Assembly: GCA_029821875.1 (NCBI GenBank)
Contig: JALGXW010000011.1
Location: 15,060-79,059, forward strand
Direction: 5' to 3'
Source of the DNA: Candidatus Hebobacterum abditum
GTDB taxonomy: Bacteria > Armatimonadota > Hebobacteria > Hebobacterales > Hebobacteraceae
DNA length: 64,000 nucleotides
Shown: one piece after another, positions 50,323 to 61,229 of the stretch
How positions within the stretch are numbered: the first letter of the stretch is position 1
How the letters are laid out: every line of letters starts with the position of its first letter
Notes under the pieces: generated by a model
Database searches by the model: none
The model's input: the letters and a program-made list of their open reading frames with translations, nothing else
Told to the model about the DNA's origin: nothing
Position numbers and translations under genes: made by a program

Positions 50323-52683
50323 CTACCGTAGGTACCCCAGTGACCGGAGGTTCTCGACCATGTCAGGATGCAGTTCCCCGGCGGTCAAGATACGGGTGCC
50401 TCGGGGCGCCACAGCCCGAGGCTGCCACGCCCATATGCCCCAGGATTCTGGCTCCGCCGGAACCGGGGGCGTCGCCGACAACAGCCGCGATGTGGCTCCC
50501 GCCCCAATGCGCACGGGAAGCGCCTCGGGGGAGATCCCCGTCACCCCGAGATGGAAGCGGCCGACCCCCACGGCTCGGCCGCCGACGCTGGCTGACAACG
50601 AGACGGTCCCGGCCGGGCCCTGGGGCGCGACCAGGACGACGTGCGGCTGATCACCTGCTGGAAGTTCGACAATCGCCCGCACACCTTCCGGGCTTCTAGA
50701 CGCCGACGGGTCGCCGGCCGGCCGGCGTCCTCCCACACGCTCGAGCTTGGCTTCATCGGCCAGGGTCGGCACGTCCAGGTAGCCCAGCGCATCGTCACAC
50801 TGTAGCTCCAGGACGGTTCGGTCCGGCCTCTCTCCGGCAACTACCACGCGAGTCCCAGATGCTGCAACCATCGCCAGCTCGGCGAGCACTCGCCGCATAC
50901 GGCTCAACTGATCGCGTCGCGTCGCTGCCAGGTCCTCGACCTGACTTGGATCGGTGTCGAGATCGTAGAGTTCCTCTCTGCCAGCATGGCGCAGAACCAT
51001 GTAGCACCAGTTGCCATCGCGGGCCATGAGACCGAACTTGGGGCTCTCCGAGAGAATCGGCTGCGCCTGCTCCTCCGCCCTTCCCTCGATCAGAGGCAGC
51101 AGCGAGCGGCCAACGAACCCCGATGGTACCCCGACGCCTGCGAGGTCAAGCAAAGTCGGCGCCAGGTCCACCAGGCCAACCGACTGACGAACCCGCCTCC
51201 CCCCGCCGCGACCATCCGGGAGGCGGATGATCAATGGCACGTGTACGATCTCCTGATAGGGCGCCCAGCCGTGCATCAGTTTTCCGCGTTCGCCAAATGC
51301 TTCCCCGTGATCGGCAGTCACGACGACGATTGTGTCCTCTCCCATGGCACTGGTCAGCACCCAGTCAATGAAGCTCGCCAAACACTGATCTGCATGCAGT
51401 ATCTCGCCGTCGTACAGATCCACGATGTACTGCAGTTCGGCCGCGGTCAACGTGCTGTCCGACCTATTCTCGAATATCGCCTCCCTGAGTCTGATCGGGT
51501 CGCGCAACGGCCCCTGATAGCCTCGGTCGAAGTGCTCCAAGCAGTCACCGCGCCCATGGAAGTAATCATGGATGTCGTAGGTGTGAAGCAACAGGAAGAA
51601 GGGGTGTCCGTCACTCATGGGAAGCCGGCGCTCGAGGGCGGAAATCTGATCGGCCAGCCGGGGGGTGTGCTGTGGGAGGAGATACCAATCGAAACCAGCG
51701 TCGAAGCCCAGCGCCGGGATGAGGTAGCCGCCGCCCACAGAGGCAATTGTCGTGTAGCCCGAGGTTCCGAGTTGCTGCTGAAGACTCACCGGCATGGAGA
51801 CCGGGGACAGCAGGAGGTCGTCCTCTTCGTCGCCCTGATCGCCGGAGGCGCCGACGCTCGACCCGCGGACCAGCGGATAGCTGGAGGTGAGCATGCTCAG
51901 TACGGAGGGGAGCGTCCCGGTCGCCTGGGAGTTGGCCGCCTCGAACAGAACGCCCTCTCTGCTCAGCGCATCCAGGAAGGGGCTCGTCTCACGTAGGTAC
52001 CCGTAGCAGCCGACATGGTCCGCACGAAGAGCATCGAGGACGACGAGCACGATGTTGGGCCGCGGGCTGTCAGCAGGCCCGAGCACCACTGGGTTCACCC
52101 ACACGGCATAGGCGGCCGAGTGCTCCTCCTCCCGTCCCGGCGGGGGCCCACCAAGCGGCTCCGTTGCCAGCTCGATCTCCACCTCCTCCGCCGCGGACCC
52201 CGGAAGATCGAGGGTCATGGGCACCCAGTTCGGCGTGTCCGGCCCGCGCCAGTGATCCAGCACCTGGTCGAGCAGTTCTGCCTCTCTCTCCGGTGTGGAG
52301 ACCCGTATCGAGAACCGAACTTGGCCTCGCCTATCCCTGCTAGTTGGCAGAAGCCCGAACGCTAGGCGCAGCCGAGTGCCTTGTGGGAAGCGGCCCGACA
52401 TCTTCAGGCGATACGGCGCGGGCGCGCACACGATCGGAGTGTGTAGGTCCCCCAGGGCAAGCCTGGCACGGCCGTCGCTGCCCCTTGCGATGTCCACATC
52501 GGCATCCCTGCCCCGGAAGTGATCGGCGAGGCGAACCGCTTGCCCTGGCCGGATGCCTCCTATCTCGAAGGACTCAGCGCGCGCCTCAGCGGCCACCTGA
52601 GGACGAACTCGATCCCCGCATCCTGCTGCAGCCAGTATGATAAGCAGCGTTGGCAGCAGCAAACATCTGGCAAGCGTTGTCAT
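50323..52683 (-). CDS. sulfatase-like (alkaline phosphatase superfamily) lipoprotein with long N- and C-terminal extensions
   Basis: Lipoprotein signal MTTLARCLLLPTLLIILAAAGC. Core motifs NIVLVVLDALRADHVGCYGY and VVTADHGEAFGE. The nucleophile region reads ATGTLPSVLSMLTSSYP, with Thr in place of the Cys/Ser of CxPxR. Confidence 0.8.
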   Translation of the reverse strand: MTTLARCLLLPTLLIILAAAGCGDRVRPQVAAEARAESFEIGGIRPGQAVRLADHFRGRDADVDIARGSDGRARLALGDLHTPIVCAPAPYRLKMSGRFPQGTRLRLAFGLLPTSRDRRGQVRFSIRVSTPEREAELLDQVLDHWRGPDTPNWVPMTLDLPGSAAEEVEIELATEPLGGPPPGREEEHSAAYAVWVNPVVLGPADSPRPNIVLVVLDALRADHVGCYGYLRETSPFLDALSREGVLFEAANSQATGTLPSVLSMLTSSYPLVRGSSVGASGDQGDEEDDLLLSPVSMPVSLQQQLGTSGYTTIASVGGGYLIPALGFDAGFDWYLLPQHTPRLADQISALERRLPMSDGHPFFLLLHTYDIHDYFHGRGDCLEHFDRGYQGPLRDPIRLREAIFENRSDSTLTAAELQYIVDLYDGEILHADQCLASFIDWVLTSAMGEDTIVVVTADHGEAFGERGKLMHGWAPYQEIVHVPLIIRLPDGRGGGRRVRQSVGLVDLAPTLLDLAGVGVPSGFVGRSLLPLIEGRAEEQAQPILSESPKFGLMARDGNWCYMVLRHAGREELYDLDTDPSQVEDLAATRRDQLSRMRRVLAELAMVAASGTRVVVAGERPDRTVLELQCDDALGYLDVPTLADEAKLERVGGRRPAGDPSASRSPEGVRAIVELPAGDQPHVVLVAPQGPAGTVSLSASVGGRAVGVGRFHLGVTGISPEALPVRIGAGATSRLLSATPPVPAEPESWGIWAWQPRAVAPRGTRILTAGELHPDMVENLRSLGYLR

Positions 52684-53036
52684 TGGGGCGTGCTCCGCGG
52701 GACGGCGCGGCTCCCGGCAGACGCTGTCCTGTCGGCGGGCCGCGGCCATTGGCTCCCGCCATTCGGTCTCTGCGCTCCGGTGTGATTCACCAGAGCGCGC
52801 TTCACAGTTGTGCTCCCCAACAATCCTGTCCGGGCGCCTCCGGGACATGTTGTTCCCTTGTGCGCAGGCAGTATCCTGCCCCTCATGAGCACCGTTCCGA
52901 GCTTCCTGCTAAGTGCCGGATGTGTGTTGGGAGGCGTCTGGGGCTGGTCCGGGATGCGCTCTGCTTCGGCTGGGTGATGCTGCTGCCTAAGGCCCGGCTG
53001 GTCGCGCGGCCGGGAGTTCGCCTATGGCTCACTGTC

Positions 53037-54605
53037 CTACTTCAGGTATCCCAGATTCTGTAGGGCTCTCTTCACCTCGGGCGCGAGACGTATCTCTCGG
53101 GTCGGAGGCAAGCGCGCCTGCTCGAGTTCCGGATCAAGGAAGTGCATTGGCGGCACCGCTTGCGCGAGCGCGAACTCACGGAACGCGTCTGCCATGTCTT
53201 CACCAACATCTGGCCTATCGCTGAGCACGTCTTCCCTCTGCTCAGGATCGCTCGCGAGATCATACAGGGTCCGCCAATTGCCGTGTCCCCACAGAAGAAG
53301 GGAGTAGCGCTCACCTCGGACCATGTACTTGCCTCCATGCCGCGCGGCGCGGACGAACGCGTAGTCGCGCACCCGATCCGCTGTTCCCGCAATCAGCCCG
53401 AGCAGCGAGTGCCCCTGGACCCTATCCTCAGGGTACGACAAGCCGAAGAGATCGAATAGCGTCGGGAGTATGTCGATGGTCTCTGTCAGCGCGTCGATGC
53501 GGCCTCGCGGGCTGCTGCCCGGGAACCTCATTAGCAGCGGGATGCGCGTCCCTTCGTCGTGGATGGGCTCACCGTGCCACACGAACCCGTGCTCGCCGAA
53601 GGCCTCCCCGTGATCTGACGTGACGATGAACAGGGCGTCCTCCCACACGCCCGCGTCCCGGAGCAATCGTTCGGCCTCGCCAACCGCCCAGTCGCCGTAG
53701 CGCAGGTTGGCATCGTATAGGTTGATCCACTCGGGGAGGGGATGGATCTCATCGGGCAATTCTGACTGCAGTGGGAAGTCGTACTCGCCAGGGCGGAACC
53801 TCTCCGGGTCATAGCCTGGGGGATCGCTTCCACTGAACAGCACCGCGATCTCCTCAGGCGACTCGTATGGACGGTGCGGCGGCATCAGGTGGATGTAGAC
53901 GAAGAACCGCTCCCGGGAATGCTCCTCTAGCCACCTGCCGAACAACCTGAGGCAGGGCTCTGGAGAGCACCATGTCTCACCTGCCTGCATGACCGCACGT
54001 ATCTCGGGATCGTAGTAGGCCTCTTCGAAATAGCGTCCCAGCTCCAGGGCGGGAGAGGCATTGAAGTTGGAGCTGAAGAGCGCGGTCTTGAATCCAGCCT
54101 GGGTCAACCCCTGAGCCATTGTGAACGTCCCACTCGGCAACGGGCGGCACCCGTATGCCAGGTGAGTAGCCGGGTACTGCGAAGTGAACAAGGAGGCTGT
54201 GGATTCCTTCGTCCGGGTGAACTGGCAGAAGTGCTGCTCGAAGACGACTGCCTCTCCTGCAAGCCGGTCGATATTGGGTGTGGTCGCCCGCGGGTAGCCA
54301 TAGCACCCAACATGATCTGCTCGAGCGGCGTCCAGCACGAGCAGGACGACGCTGGCGCTCCGTGCTGCCTCTCTGAGAGCAGTCACCTCCGGTGGATCGG
54401 ACGTGGAACGAGATACGCGCCGCGTGCCCCAAGTGCAGTAGGCCGCGTATCCGGCCGCCGCCAACAGCACCAGGGCTGGTGCGAGCCGAGTGAGTCGAAG
54501 CCAGGGGCTCACCCCTGTAGAACCTCCCGTGCTCCCGAGGCGTGCGGTCCGAGTTCCCTGAGAAGCTCCGCTCGAGTGCTCGGCCAGTCGCGCCGCGGGC
54601 GGCAT
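53037..54605 (-). CDS. sulfatase-like (alkaline phosphatase superfamily) protein
   Basis: VVLLVLDAARADHVGCYGYPRATTPNIDRL and IVTSDHGEAFGEHG. The nucleophile region reads FTRTKESTASLFTSQYP, again without CxPxR. Confidence 0.8.
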   Translation of the reverse strand: MPPAARLAEHSSGASQGTRTARLGSTGGSTGVSPWLRLTRLAPALVLLAAAGYAAYCTWGTRRVSRSTSDPPEVTALREAARSASVVLLVLDAARADHVGCYGYPRATTPNIDRLAGEAVVFEQHFCQFTRTKESTASLFTSQYPATHLAYGCRPLPSGTFTMAQGLTQAGFKTALFSSNFNASPALELGRYFEEAYYDPEIRAVMQAGETWCSPEPCLRLFGRWLEEHSRERFFVYIHLMPPHRPYESPEEIAVLFSGSDPPGYDPERFRPGEYDFPLQSELPDEIHPLPEWINLYDANLRYGDWAVGEAERLLRDAGVWEDALFIVTSDHGEAFGEHGFVWHGEPIHDEGTRIPLLMRFPGSSPRGRIDALTETIDILPTLFDLFGLSYPEDRVQGHSLLGLIAGTADRVRDYAFVRAARHGGKYMVRGERYSLLLWGHGNWRTLYDLASDPEQREDVLSDRPDVGEDMADAFREFALAQAVPPMHFLDPELEQARLPPTREIRLAPEVKRALQNLGYLK

Positions 54606-55021
54606 GAGCTATCGCTCGGCCTTTCTACACGATGCCCGGTGCTTCCTGTCTACGCCCACAAGTCGCCGCGCCAGCGGCAGCGCGGGCTAGCTGGAGGGCG
54701 CAGGAGCCGTGAAGACCTGCGCATCTCCGGTCTCAAGCCATCGAGCCAACACGCCTCGCCCAGGAATGACGGTGTCGAGGTAGGTGTGACCGGCCTCCCC
54801 GAAGTTGGCCACCACTTCCACTCGGTCTCCGAACACAGTGCGCTGAACCAGTCGATCTGGAGTCAGCCACGCGAACTCGGTCAGTGGGAGCAGCCCTAGC
54901 TCGCGGTGCAGTGGCGAGAAGAACGCCTAGTGGGTCTCCATCCTCCCCCTGTGCTTCTCTGCGCGTTGCATACGTCTGTCGATCACGGAGTCCCCGGCTC
55001 TCCTCAGGCTACTGGCCCCTC

Positions 55022-56143
55022 TCAGGGGGCAGTAGCCGCACCTTCTGCGGTGCCGGTCTGCGTGTCTCTCACGGCCTGCACTGCTCCACTCACCGCGTTG
55101 AGCCAGTCCGGGGACACCTCACCTGGGGCGGTCCACTCGCTCTCGACGTAGAGCCAGACATAGTTGTCAGTGGCCCGCAGGGCGTTCTCCAACGTCGCCC
55201 GCATGATCTGCGGATCCATCGGGTAGCTCTTCTTCCACTGGCGGTTGTATACGCCGAACCCGATGCTCACTCTGCTGACCCATTTGCCGCGAAGGTCGCG
55301 GGGGATGAAGGCGCAGTCCGTCTCGTCAGAGGCGATCTCCCACTTGCGCCATTCGTATGATCGGGCGAAGTCCTCAGGCGTCCGGTACTGGTAGACCTCG
55401 CCGCCGTCAACTACCGTCGCGCTGTCCGGCGCGCCCTCGACGAGCCCCGCGAAAAAGGGCCCCCTGAGGTCGCGCTCGCTCGCCACAGCCTGCAGAAGAG
55501 TCACGTGCTGAGGGGTCTTGGGCTCTGAGATGTAGGGGCCGTGGAAGACGAGGAACACGACTTCCGGGAACTCGCCGGCGACAACCTCCATCACTTCCCG
55601 CCCGCGCCGCCTCATCTGGGCCTGGTACTGCTGGAGGGAGTACGCCGGGTAGCGGACGTCATCCGGGTGGCGCCAGACCTTCTCTCTGTAGGTCTCATTG
55701 TCGAACATGATCCCGATGAGTCCGGCGTCCTCCGCCGCACGTGCGAGGTTGCGCCAGTTCGAGAGCACCATCGACCAGTCGTCGAACACATCCGGAAACC
55801 CGCGCGTATGGATGACCACCATATTGCGCGTGCAGCGGTGGAATGCTCCCTTCACTGGCGCCAGGCTCGCCGCGATCTCCTCGTAGGTGCACACCTCTCC
55901 CGACAGCAGTACCTTGCCCGACGCGGGGATCTGCATGCTCGTCCCGTCCAAGGGCAGACTATCCAGGTGCGCCGCGTTGGCCACGACTTTCGCCACCGGC
56001 TGCCCGCCCCGTTGATGCAGGATCACGTGTCGCTCCTCATCCCCCGGCGCTAAGCGCACCGGTCCGGCCGCCCCCAGCAGCAAAGCGACCACACTGATGC
56101 CCGAGAGAGCGGCCTTCAGCAAGAAGCTATTGGCTACTGACAT
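55022..56143 (-). CDS. secreted hypothetical protein
   Basis: Start at MSVANSFLLKAALSGISVVALLLGAAG (signal-like). No family recognised. High GC3. Confidence 0.6.
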   Translation of the reverse strand: MSVANSFLLKAALSGISVVALLLGAAGPVRLAPGDEERHVILHQRGGQPVAKVVANAAHLDSLPLDGTSMQIPASGKVLLSGEVCTYEEIAASLAPVKGAFHRCTRNMVVIHTRGFPDVFDDWSMVLSNWRNLARAAEDAGLIGIMFDNETYREKVWRHPDDVRYPAYSLQQYQAQMRRRGREVMEVVAGEFPEVVFLVFHGPYISEPKTPQHVTLLQAVASERDLRGPFFAGLVEGAPDSATVVDGGEVYQYRTPEDFARSYEWRKWEIASDETDCAFIPRDLRGKWVSRVSIGFGVYNRQWKKSYPMDPQIMRATLENALRATDNYVWLYVESEWTAPGEVSPDWLNAVSGAVQAVRDTQTGTAEGAATAP

Positions 56144-56213
56144 ATGTCTCGCTCTGCTCCGGTGGCTGTGGCCGCTCGCACCCGAGTGAGGGCCGGCTTG
56201 CCGCGCGCCCGAG

Positions 56214-57146
56214 CTAGTGCATCTCCGGCTCACACGTTCCGATGCCGCCGCGGTAGAAGCTGAAGCGCACGTTGGGGTGCAGCGCGAGCAATGACATTGG
56301 CACCGCGGCGTCGGCGAGCTTCTTCGATATCATGAGGGTGGTCAGGCGCATGCCGAAGGGGTTGTCGTGCTTGCCGGCGTGCCAGATTGACACGCGCTCT
56401 GCCTTCCAGGTCTCCTGGGGTCCCACCGTCAGTGCTTGCGTCGGGACTTCGGACACCTTGCCGCCGCCGGAGGTGCGGGCGTTCTGGATGATCGTCATCG
56501 GATGCAGGTCCACCACGCGGGCTCCCAACTTCAGATACTCCTCAGGAGGAGGCGGGCCGTCCGCATAAGGGGCCTCTCGCCTCGGCGGATCGTTGAAAGC
56601 CCAGTGCTTCACCTCTCCCTGGCCGCCCTGCATGACGACGCAGCACACACTGTCGAAGGCGGCACTGTACTGCTCCAGGTTGCCGGCCTTTGGGAAGTGC
56701 AGGTTCTCCTCCGGCATCCTCAGATCGGGCTTGATGCGGTCGAAGCACAGCTCCCTGTCGGCCCGCTCGAAGGACAGGTCATGCGTCGCGGGGACTTCCC
56801 TGCCATCCATGTACCACTCGTCCATGCCCCAGAAGTGGGCGTGCCGCAGGTCGAGTTCCATCGCGTTGACGAGCTGCGCCACCAACGGGAGCTGCTCCGT
56901 GGGGCCGATGGGGCCGCAGATGCCGGCCGGCTCATCTTCGGTCGCCTGCTGCCAGGCCTCGATGTACTCCAGCGCCTCCGCCAGGTACAAACTCTCCAGC
57001 GTGTCGTAGAAGACCACCTCGAAGCCGGGCCGGGAGAGCGCGAGCATGTCGTCCGGGGCCAGTCTCGCGGCGTCCGCGACCACATCCTTGTCCAGCGTGG
57101 TGTAGTCCCACCACTGCGGTGCAACGACACTCAGCGGTCTGCTCAT
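56214..57146 (-). CDS. glucosamine-6-phosphate deaminase/isomerase (NagB) family protein
   Basis: Motifs [10 protein letters not shown] and HFWGMDEW fit the NagB/6-phosphogluconolactonase superfamily. Confidence 0.75.
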   Translation of the reverse strand: MSRPLSVVAPQWWDYTTLDKDVVADAARLAPDDMLALSRPGFEVVFYDTLESLYLAEALEYIEAWQQATEDEPAGICGPIGPTEQLPLVAQLVNAMELDLRHAHFWGMDEWYMDGREVPATHDLSFERADRELCFDRIKPDLRMPEENLHFPKAGNLEQYSAAFDSVCCVVMQGGQGEVKHWAFNDPPRREAPYADGPPPPEEYLKLGARVVDLHPMTIIQNARTSGGGKVSEVPTQALTVGPQETWKAERVSIWHAGKHDNPFGMRLTTLMISKKLADAAVPMSLLALHPNVRFSFYRGGIGTCEPEMH

Positions 57147-57179
57147 CGATTCCTCCCAGAGGTCGTCTCGCCCCGATGC

Positions 57180-58343
57180 CTACTTCGGGGCCGCGCGCGC
57201 GGCCAGGTAACGCTCAAGGCGATCCATGCCTTCGGCAATCCTGTCGCGGTCAGTGGTGTAGCTGAGTCGGATGTACGTGTTGCTGGCAGGACCGAAGTCC
57301 ATGCCGGGAGTCACAGATACTCTCGTCTCGTTCAACAACTCCTTGGCGAATGCGACCGAGTCCTGTGAGAACGGAGTGACATTGGCGAACACATAAAACC
57401 CGCCGGCCGGGTATCCGGGTACGCCGAAGCCGATCTCCCTCAACCGACGCACGATGAGGTCGCGCCGCCCGCGGTACTCCTCCCGCATGCGCTGCACATG
57501 CTCCTCGCCCTTGCGGAGGGCTTCGAGCCCGGCGACCTGCGACACCGTCCCGGCGGCCAGGAGGAAGTTCTGGTTCATGTTGCGCACAACGGATAGACAC
57601 GAATCGGGAACGACTACCCAGCCGAGTCGCCATCCAGGCATGGCATAGCGTTTCGAGAATCCATTCACGACGAAGCAGCGGTCCGTGTACTCGAGCGCGC
57701 TGTGACAGCGGTCCGGCTCGTAGCAGATCTCGTGGTAGATCTCGTCCGAGATCACCCACGGGCCGAGCGAGCAGATCCGCTCCAGATCCGACGGACTCAC
57801 GCGAGCCCCAGTCGGGTTGGCCGGAGAGTTCACCATGACGGCCTTCGTGCGGTCGCCTGTAAGTTCTGCGATGCGATCGGCAGAATAGGCGAACTCCTCG
57901 GACTCAAGGACTGGGAACCGCACGCACTTGGCACCGAGGAATCGAGCCGCGTTGGCATACCCCGGATAGCCGGGATCGGCCATCAGCACCTCGTCCCCCA
58001 GATCGACCACCGCTGCCATGGCCAGCAGCAGGGCTGGCGAGGAGCCGGACGTCAGGAATACGCGATCCGGGTGGATCTCCGCGCGGTAGCGCTCGCGATA
58101 CCAGTCCGATATCGCCTCCCGCAGCGCCGGCACCCCGGCGCTCGGCGCATAGCCTGTTTGGCCGTCGTCGAGGGCCCTCTTGCCGGCCTCGATCACGGGG
58201 GCCGGTGAGGTCCAGTCCGGCTCCCCCGCCTCCAGGCGTATGATGTCCTCGCCCCTGGCCGTCATGAGCTTCGCTTGGTCAAGCAACTTCATGACCAGGA
58301 ATGGGGTCACACTGCTCGCGCGTTTGGACGGTCCTTCTCTCAT
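57180..58343 (-). CDS. class I/II pyridoxal-phosphate aminotransferase
   Basis: IIRLEAGEPDW, NSPANPTG and NGFSKRYAMPGWRLGW (PLP lysine). Confidence 0.85.
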   Translation of the reverse strand: MREGPSKRASSVTPFLVMKLLDQAKLMTARGEDIIRLEAGEPDWTSPAPVIEAGKRALDDGQTGYAPSAGVPALREAISDWYRERYRAEIHPDRVFLTSGSSPALLLAMAAVVDLGDEVLMADPGYPGYANAARFLGAKCVRFPVLESEEFAYSADRIAELTGDRTKAVMVNSPANPTGARVSPSDLERICSLGPWVISDEIYHEICYEPDRCHSALEYTDRCFVVNGFSKRYAMPGWRLGWVVVPDSCLSVVRNMNQNFLLAAGTVSQVAGLEALRKGEEHVQRMREEYRGRRDLIVRRLREIGFGVPGYPAGGFYVFANVTPFSQDSVAFAKELLNETRVSVTPGMDFGPASNTYIRLSYTTDRDRIAEGMDRLERYLAARAAPK

Positions 58344-58633
58344 GCCTGCTCTCGACCGCGGGCGTACTTCTGTCGCGAGCGGTAGTGTACCTCCCCGCGC
58401 GGGTGCGCATGCCCCGAGGCCCGCGGGTCTGGCGGGGAGGCGCTGTGGTTGCTGTCTTGTCAGCCTGGCTCACGTCCTGGCGATCGTCCGCGGGGCGCCG
58501 ACTTCCCTGCTCCTGTGTGGCCGGCCTGGGGCGACCAAGGCAAGACGTCGACGCTCGGCCGACGCCGGGCCCACTTTCGCACACGCCTCATCGGCAGAAC
58601 CGCCTTCAAGGGCGTCGACACGAGTGAGTGAGT

Positions 58634-59053
58634 CTAGGAGGGAGGTGGTTCACCGGGGGAGGTGTCCTCTGCGCTGTCCGTCCCGAGGACGTCCAGGGAG
58701 CGTCGGACCGCGACGAGCAGATCATCCAGCGCCAATGGCTTCATCAGATAGAGATCCACTCCCGTTGTCCAGGCCTGGGATACATCGGCATCATCTCCCC
58801 GTGCCGTGAGGATGATGACCGGGAGATGCTTCGTCGCGGCATTCTCCCGGAGCACACGGAGGGTCTGAAAGCCGTCCATCACTGGCATGTTGACGTCGAG
58901 AAGGATCAGGTCTGGCGGCTCTGCCTCCACGGCTTGCAGGCACTCTGCGCCATTGCCCGCAGTGCGGACCTCGAGGCCCTCGTGCCGAAGCGCGTGCTCG
59001 ATCACCTTCCGGACTGACGGCTCATCGTCGACGACGAGGACCTTCTTCGCCAT
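58634..59053 (-). CDS. single-domain response regulator (receiver)
   Basis: KKVLVVDDEPSVRK...DLILLDVNMPVMDG...VIILTA...LMKP. Confidence 0.9.
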   Translation of the reverse strand: MAKKVLVVDDEPSVRKVIEHALRHEGLEVRTAGNGAECLQAVEAEPPDLILLDVNMPVMDGFQTLRVLRENAATKHLPVIILTARGDDADVSQAWTTGVDLYLMKPLALDDLLVAVRRSLDVLGTDSAEDTSPGEPPPS

Positions 59054-59484
59054 GGTCTCGCTCCCCGGCTGATTCTGCGGTCGCCTCGGCAGTCATGCCC
59101 GATCGCCCGGCAGGACTGCCTGCGGTCCGCTGCGGGGTCACGATGCCAGGGCACGGGGCTGCCTACTTGCCTTCCGAGCGGTTCGGCGAGATCTGCTTCG
59201 ATCCCTCCCTCGAGCAGACCCCAAATGGCTTCGATGGCAGCACACGATGTTGATGTGAGATGGGGGTGGCACACACCTTGGAGCCGCGGCAGCTCCCCCA
59301 CGGAGTCCTTGAGAGCTGCTGTAGGGCCTCCACCGGGGGAGCCAATCGACAAGCAGCACTCTGTGGGCCACCCCCGAACGTGCACCGAGGGCGCTCAGGC
59401 GGCCATCTCATGCCGGTGCGGCGCCGCCGGCCGCTCTCCTCCGGGAGCCAGCTTGGGTGGCGCGAGAAAACTTCACAGAACCCC

Positions 59485-59535
59485 TTGACACGGGGCCGGA
59501 AGTGTGGTAAGTAATATTACGTTACGTAATATTAC
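59485..59535 (+). promoter_or_regulatory. sigma-70-like promoter with tandem palindromic operator upstream of padR
   Basis: TTGACA (59485..59490), 17-nt spacer, then TG-G-TAAGTA. Two copies of the 10-bp palindrome GTAATATTAC (59511..59520 and 59526..59535) form an AT-rich island in GC-rich DNA. Confidence 0.45.
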
Positions 59536-59543
59536 CAGTCGAT

Positions 59544-60137
59544 ATGGGTGTGACGATGCCAGAGGAACGCCTCACAACCTTCGAATACGCTCTCCTCGGG
59601 CTGATCGGAATATCCCCGATGGCGGGCTACGACGTCCACAAGGTCTTCGCCACCACGCCCCTCGCCCATTTCAGCTCCAGCCCGGGCGCCATCTACCCGG
59701 CCCTCCGCCGGCTCGCGCGGCGCGGCCTGCTCGACGCCCAGCTCGACAGGACCAAAGAGACGCGCCCACGCCGCGTCTACGCTTCCACCGACGCTGGCGA
59801 GGAAGCTCTTGAGGCATGGCTGCACCAGCCAGTGACGCAAGAGGAGTTGATCCGGGGTGGGGGAGCACCCATCCTTCGCTTCGCCCTCGCCGAAGGCAGG
59901 CTCTCGACCGAGGAGGTGTTGGCGTATCTCGACAGCTATCGAGAGGCGCTCGAGTCCTACGTCGAGGAACTTCACGGGCACGAAGGACGAATGCCGCCCC
60001 ACGCGCCCCTGCACACTCGCCTCGCCCTCCGGCATGGCATTCGCGGCTATCAGGGCGAGGTGGAGTGGACCAAGTGGGCCGCCGGTAGGATCAAACGCGC
60101 AGCTTGCGGCTCCCGCAAGGGACGGGCGCCGCGCTGA
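59544..60137 (+). CDS. PadR family transcriptional regulator
   Basis: FEYALLGLIGISPMAGYDVHKVF...SPGAIYPALRRLARRGLL is a PadR winged-helix signature. Confidence 0.85.
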   Translation: MGVTMPEERLTTFEYALLGLIGISPMAGYDVHKVFATTPLAHFSSSPGAIYPALRRLARRGLLDAQLDRTKETRPRRVYASTDAGEEALEAWLHQPVTQEELIRGGGAPILRFALAEGRLSTEEVLAYLDSYREALESYVEELHGHEGRMPPHAPLHTRLALRHGIRGYQGEVEWTKWAAGRIKRAACGSRKGRAPR

Positions 60138-60170
60138 AGACTCGGATACATGATACATAGGGAGGTCACA

Positions 60171-61229
60171 ATGGGAGACGGAATGTCGCGAGTCACACTG
60201 AACATCTGCGTCGTGCTGCTGTTGCTCGTCGCCACGGGAGCGGCGGCCGCGGGTGAAGGCGAGTCGGCCGCGCCGCAACCGCCCGCCGACCAGTCGGAGA
60301 TCTGGGGCTGGTGGCCCGTGGTGCCGTGGGATAAGCAGCCAGTCGAAGCGGCCGCCTGGACGGAGATCCTCAACCAGCCGCTCGACCTCACCCGCAAGGG
60401 CAAGGCCGGCGAGCAGCATCGCTACCAGATCAAGCGGGTCAACCTGACGGTGGACCGAGAGGGCAAGGTCATCAGCCGCATGACCGCTGAGGCCGAGTTG
60501 GCGCGGACGCTTGTGCGCGAGGCCGAACCCGGCCTCTGGGTCGAGCAGTGCGAGTGGCAGAGCTTCGCCACCGCGATGGGCATGGGCCCGGACGAGTACC
60601 CGAGCCTCCAGGAGTTTCCGAACGCGCGAGGCATCTCCTATGAGTTCTCACCTCGCGAGTTCGACTACGTCAACCCCCCCGCCGACTTCGGCCGAGTCGG
60701 CGACGATGCCGTCGGGTACCTGCTGAAGGTTCTCACCATGGACGCCATGGGCTGGGACACGGTCCTTCTTACCCTCCGCGACGAGGCTGGGAGCAAGGTG
60801 CACATCGGGGACACGTGGCGCCACGCGGCCTTCGAGCCCTGGGACATCACGTCTGCCACAGGGGAGGAGTCGGTAGGCCAGTACCACGCGGGTGAGATGC
60901 AGACCAGCATCGCTGGCTTGACTCGCTTTCGCGGAGAGCCGTGCGTGCTCATCTGGTTCTCGATGGAGGGCAACGAGGTGACCCAGAAGATGGACACGCC
61001 GCAGGTCGCACTGGATATGAAGAGCACCGAGTACTTCCGCGGCGAGATCGCCGCCTCCCTCGTCGACGGCCGCGTCGTTGCGATGGAGATCTGGGGCCCT
61101 CTGCCCTGCGTTATGAAGATGGGCTTCGGCGGAGAGCCGCCCACAGAGCAGCCCATAGGGGCCTTTATCCAGCAGGTCAGCATGTGGGAGGTCCCAGCCG
61201 TTGCGCAGGAGCAGCCCTCCGGCCTGTGA
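60171..61229 (+). CDS. secreted hypothetical protein
   Basis: ATG 60171 preceded by GGGAGG-5 nt. Signal-like MGDGMSRVTLNICVVLLLLVATGAAAAG. No family recognised. Confidence 0.65.
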   Translation: MGDGMSRVTLNICVVLLLLVATGAAAAGEGESAAPQPPADQSEIWGWWPVVPWDKQPVEAAAWTEILNQPLDLTRKGKAGEQHRYQIKRVNLTVDREGKVISRMTAEAELARTLVREAEPGLWVEQCEWQSFATAMGMGPDEYPSLQEFPNARGISYEFSPREFDYVNPPADFGRVGDDAVGYLLKVLTMDAMGWDTVLLTLRDEAGSKVHIGDTWRHAAFEPWDITSATGEESVGQYHAGEMQTSIAGLTRFRGEPCVLIWFSMEGNEVTQKMDTPQVALDMKSTEYFRGEIAASLVDGRVVAMEIWGPLPCVMKMGFGGEPPTEQPIGAFIQQVSMWEVPAVAQEQPSGL

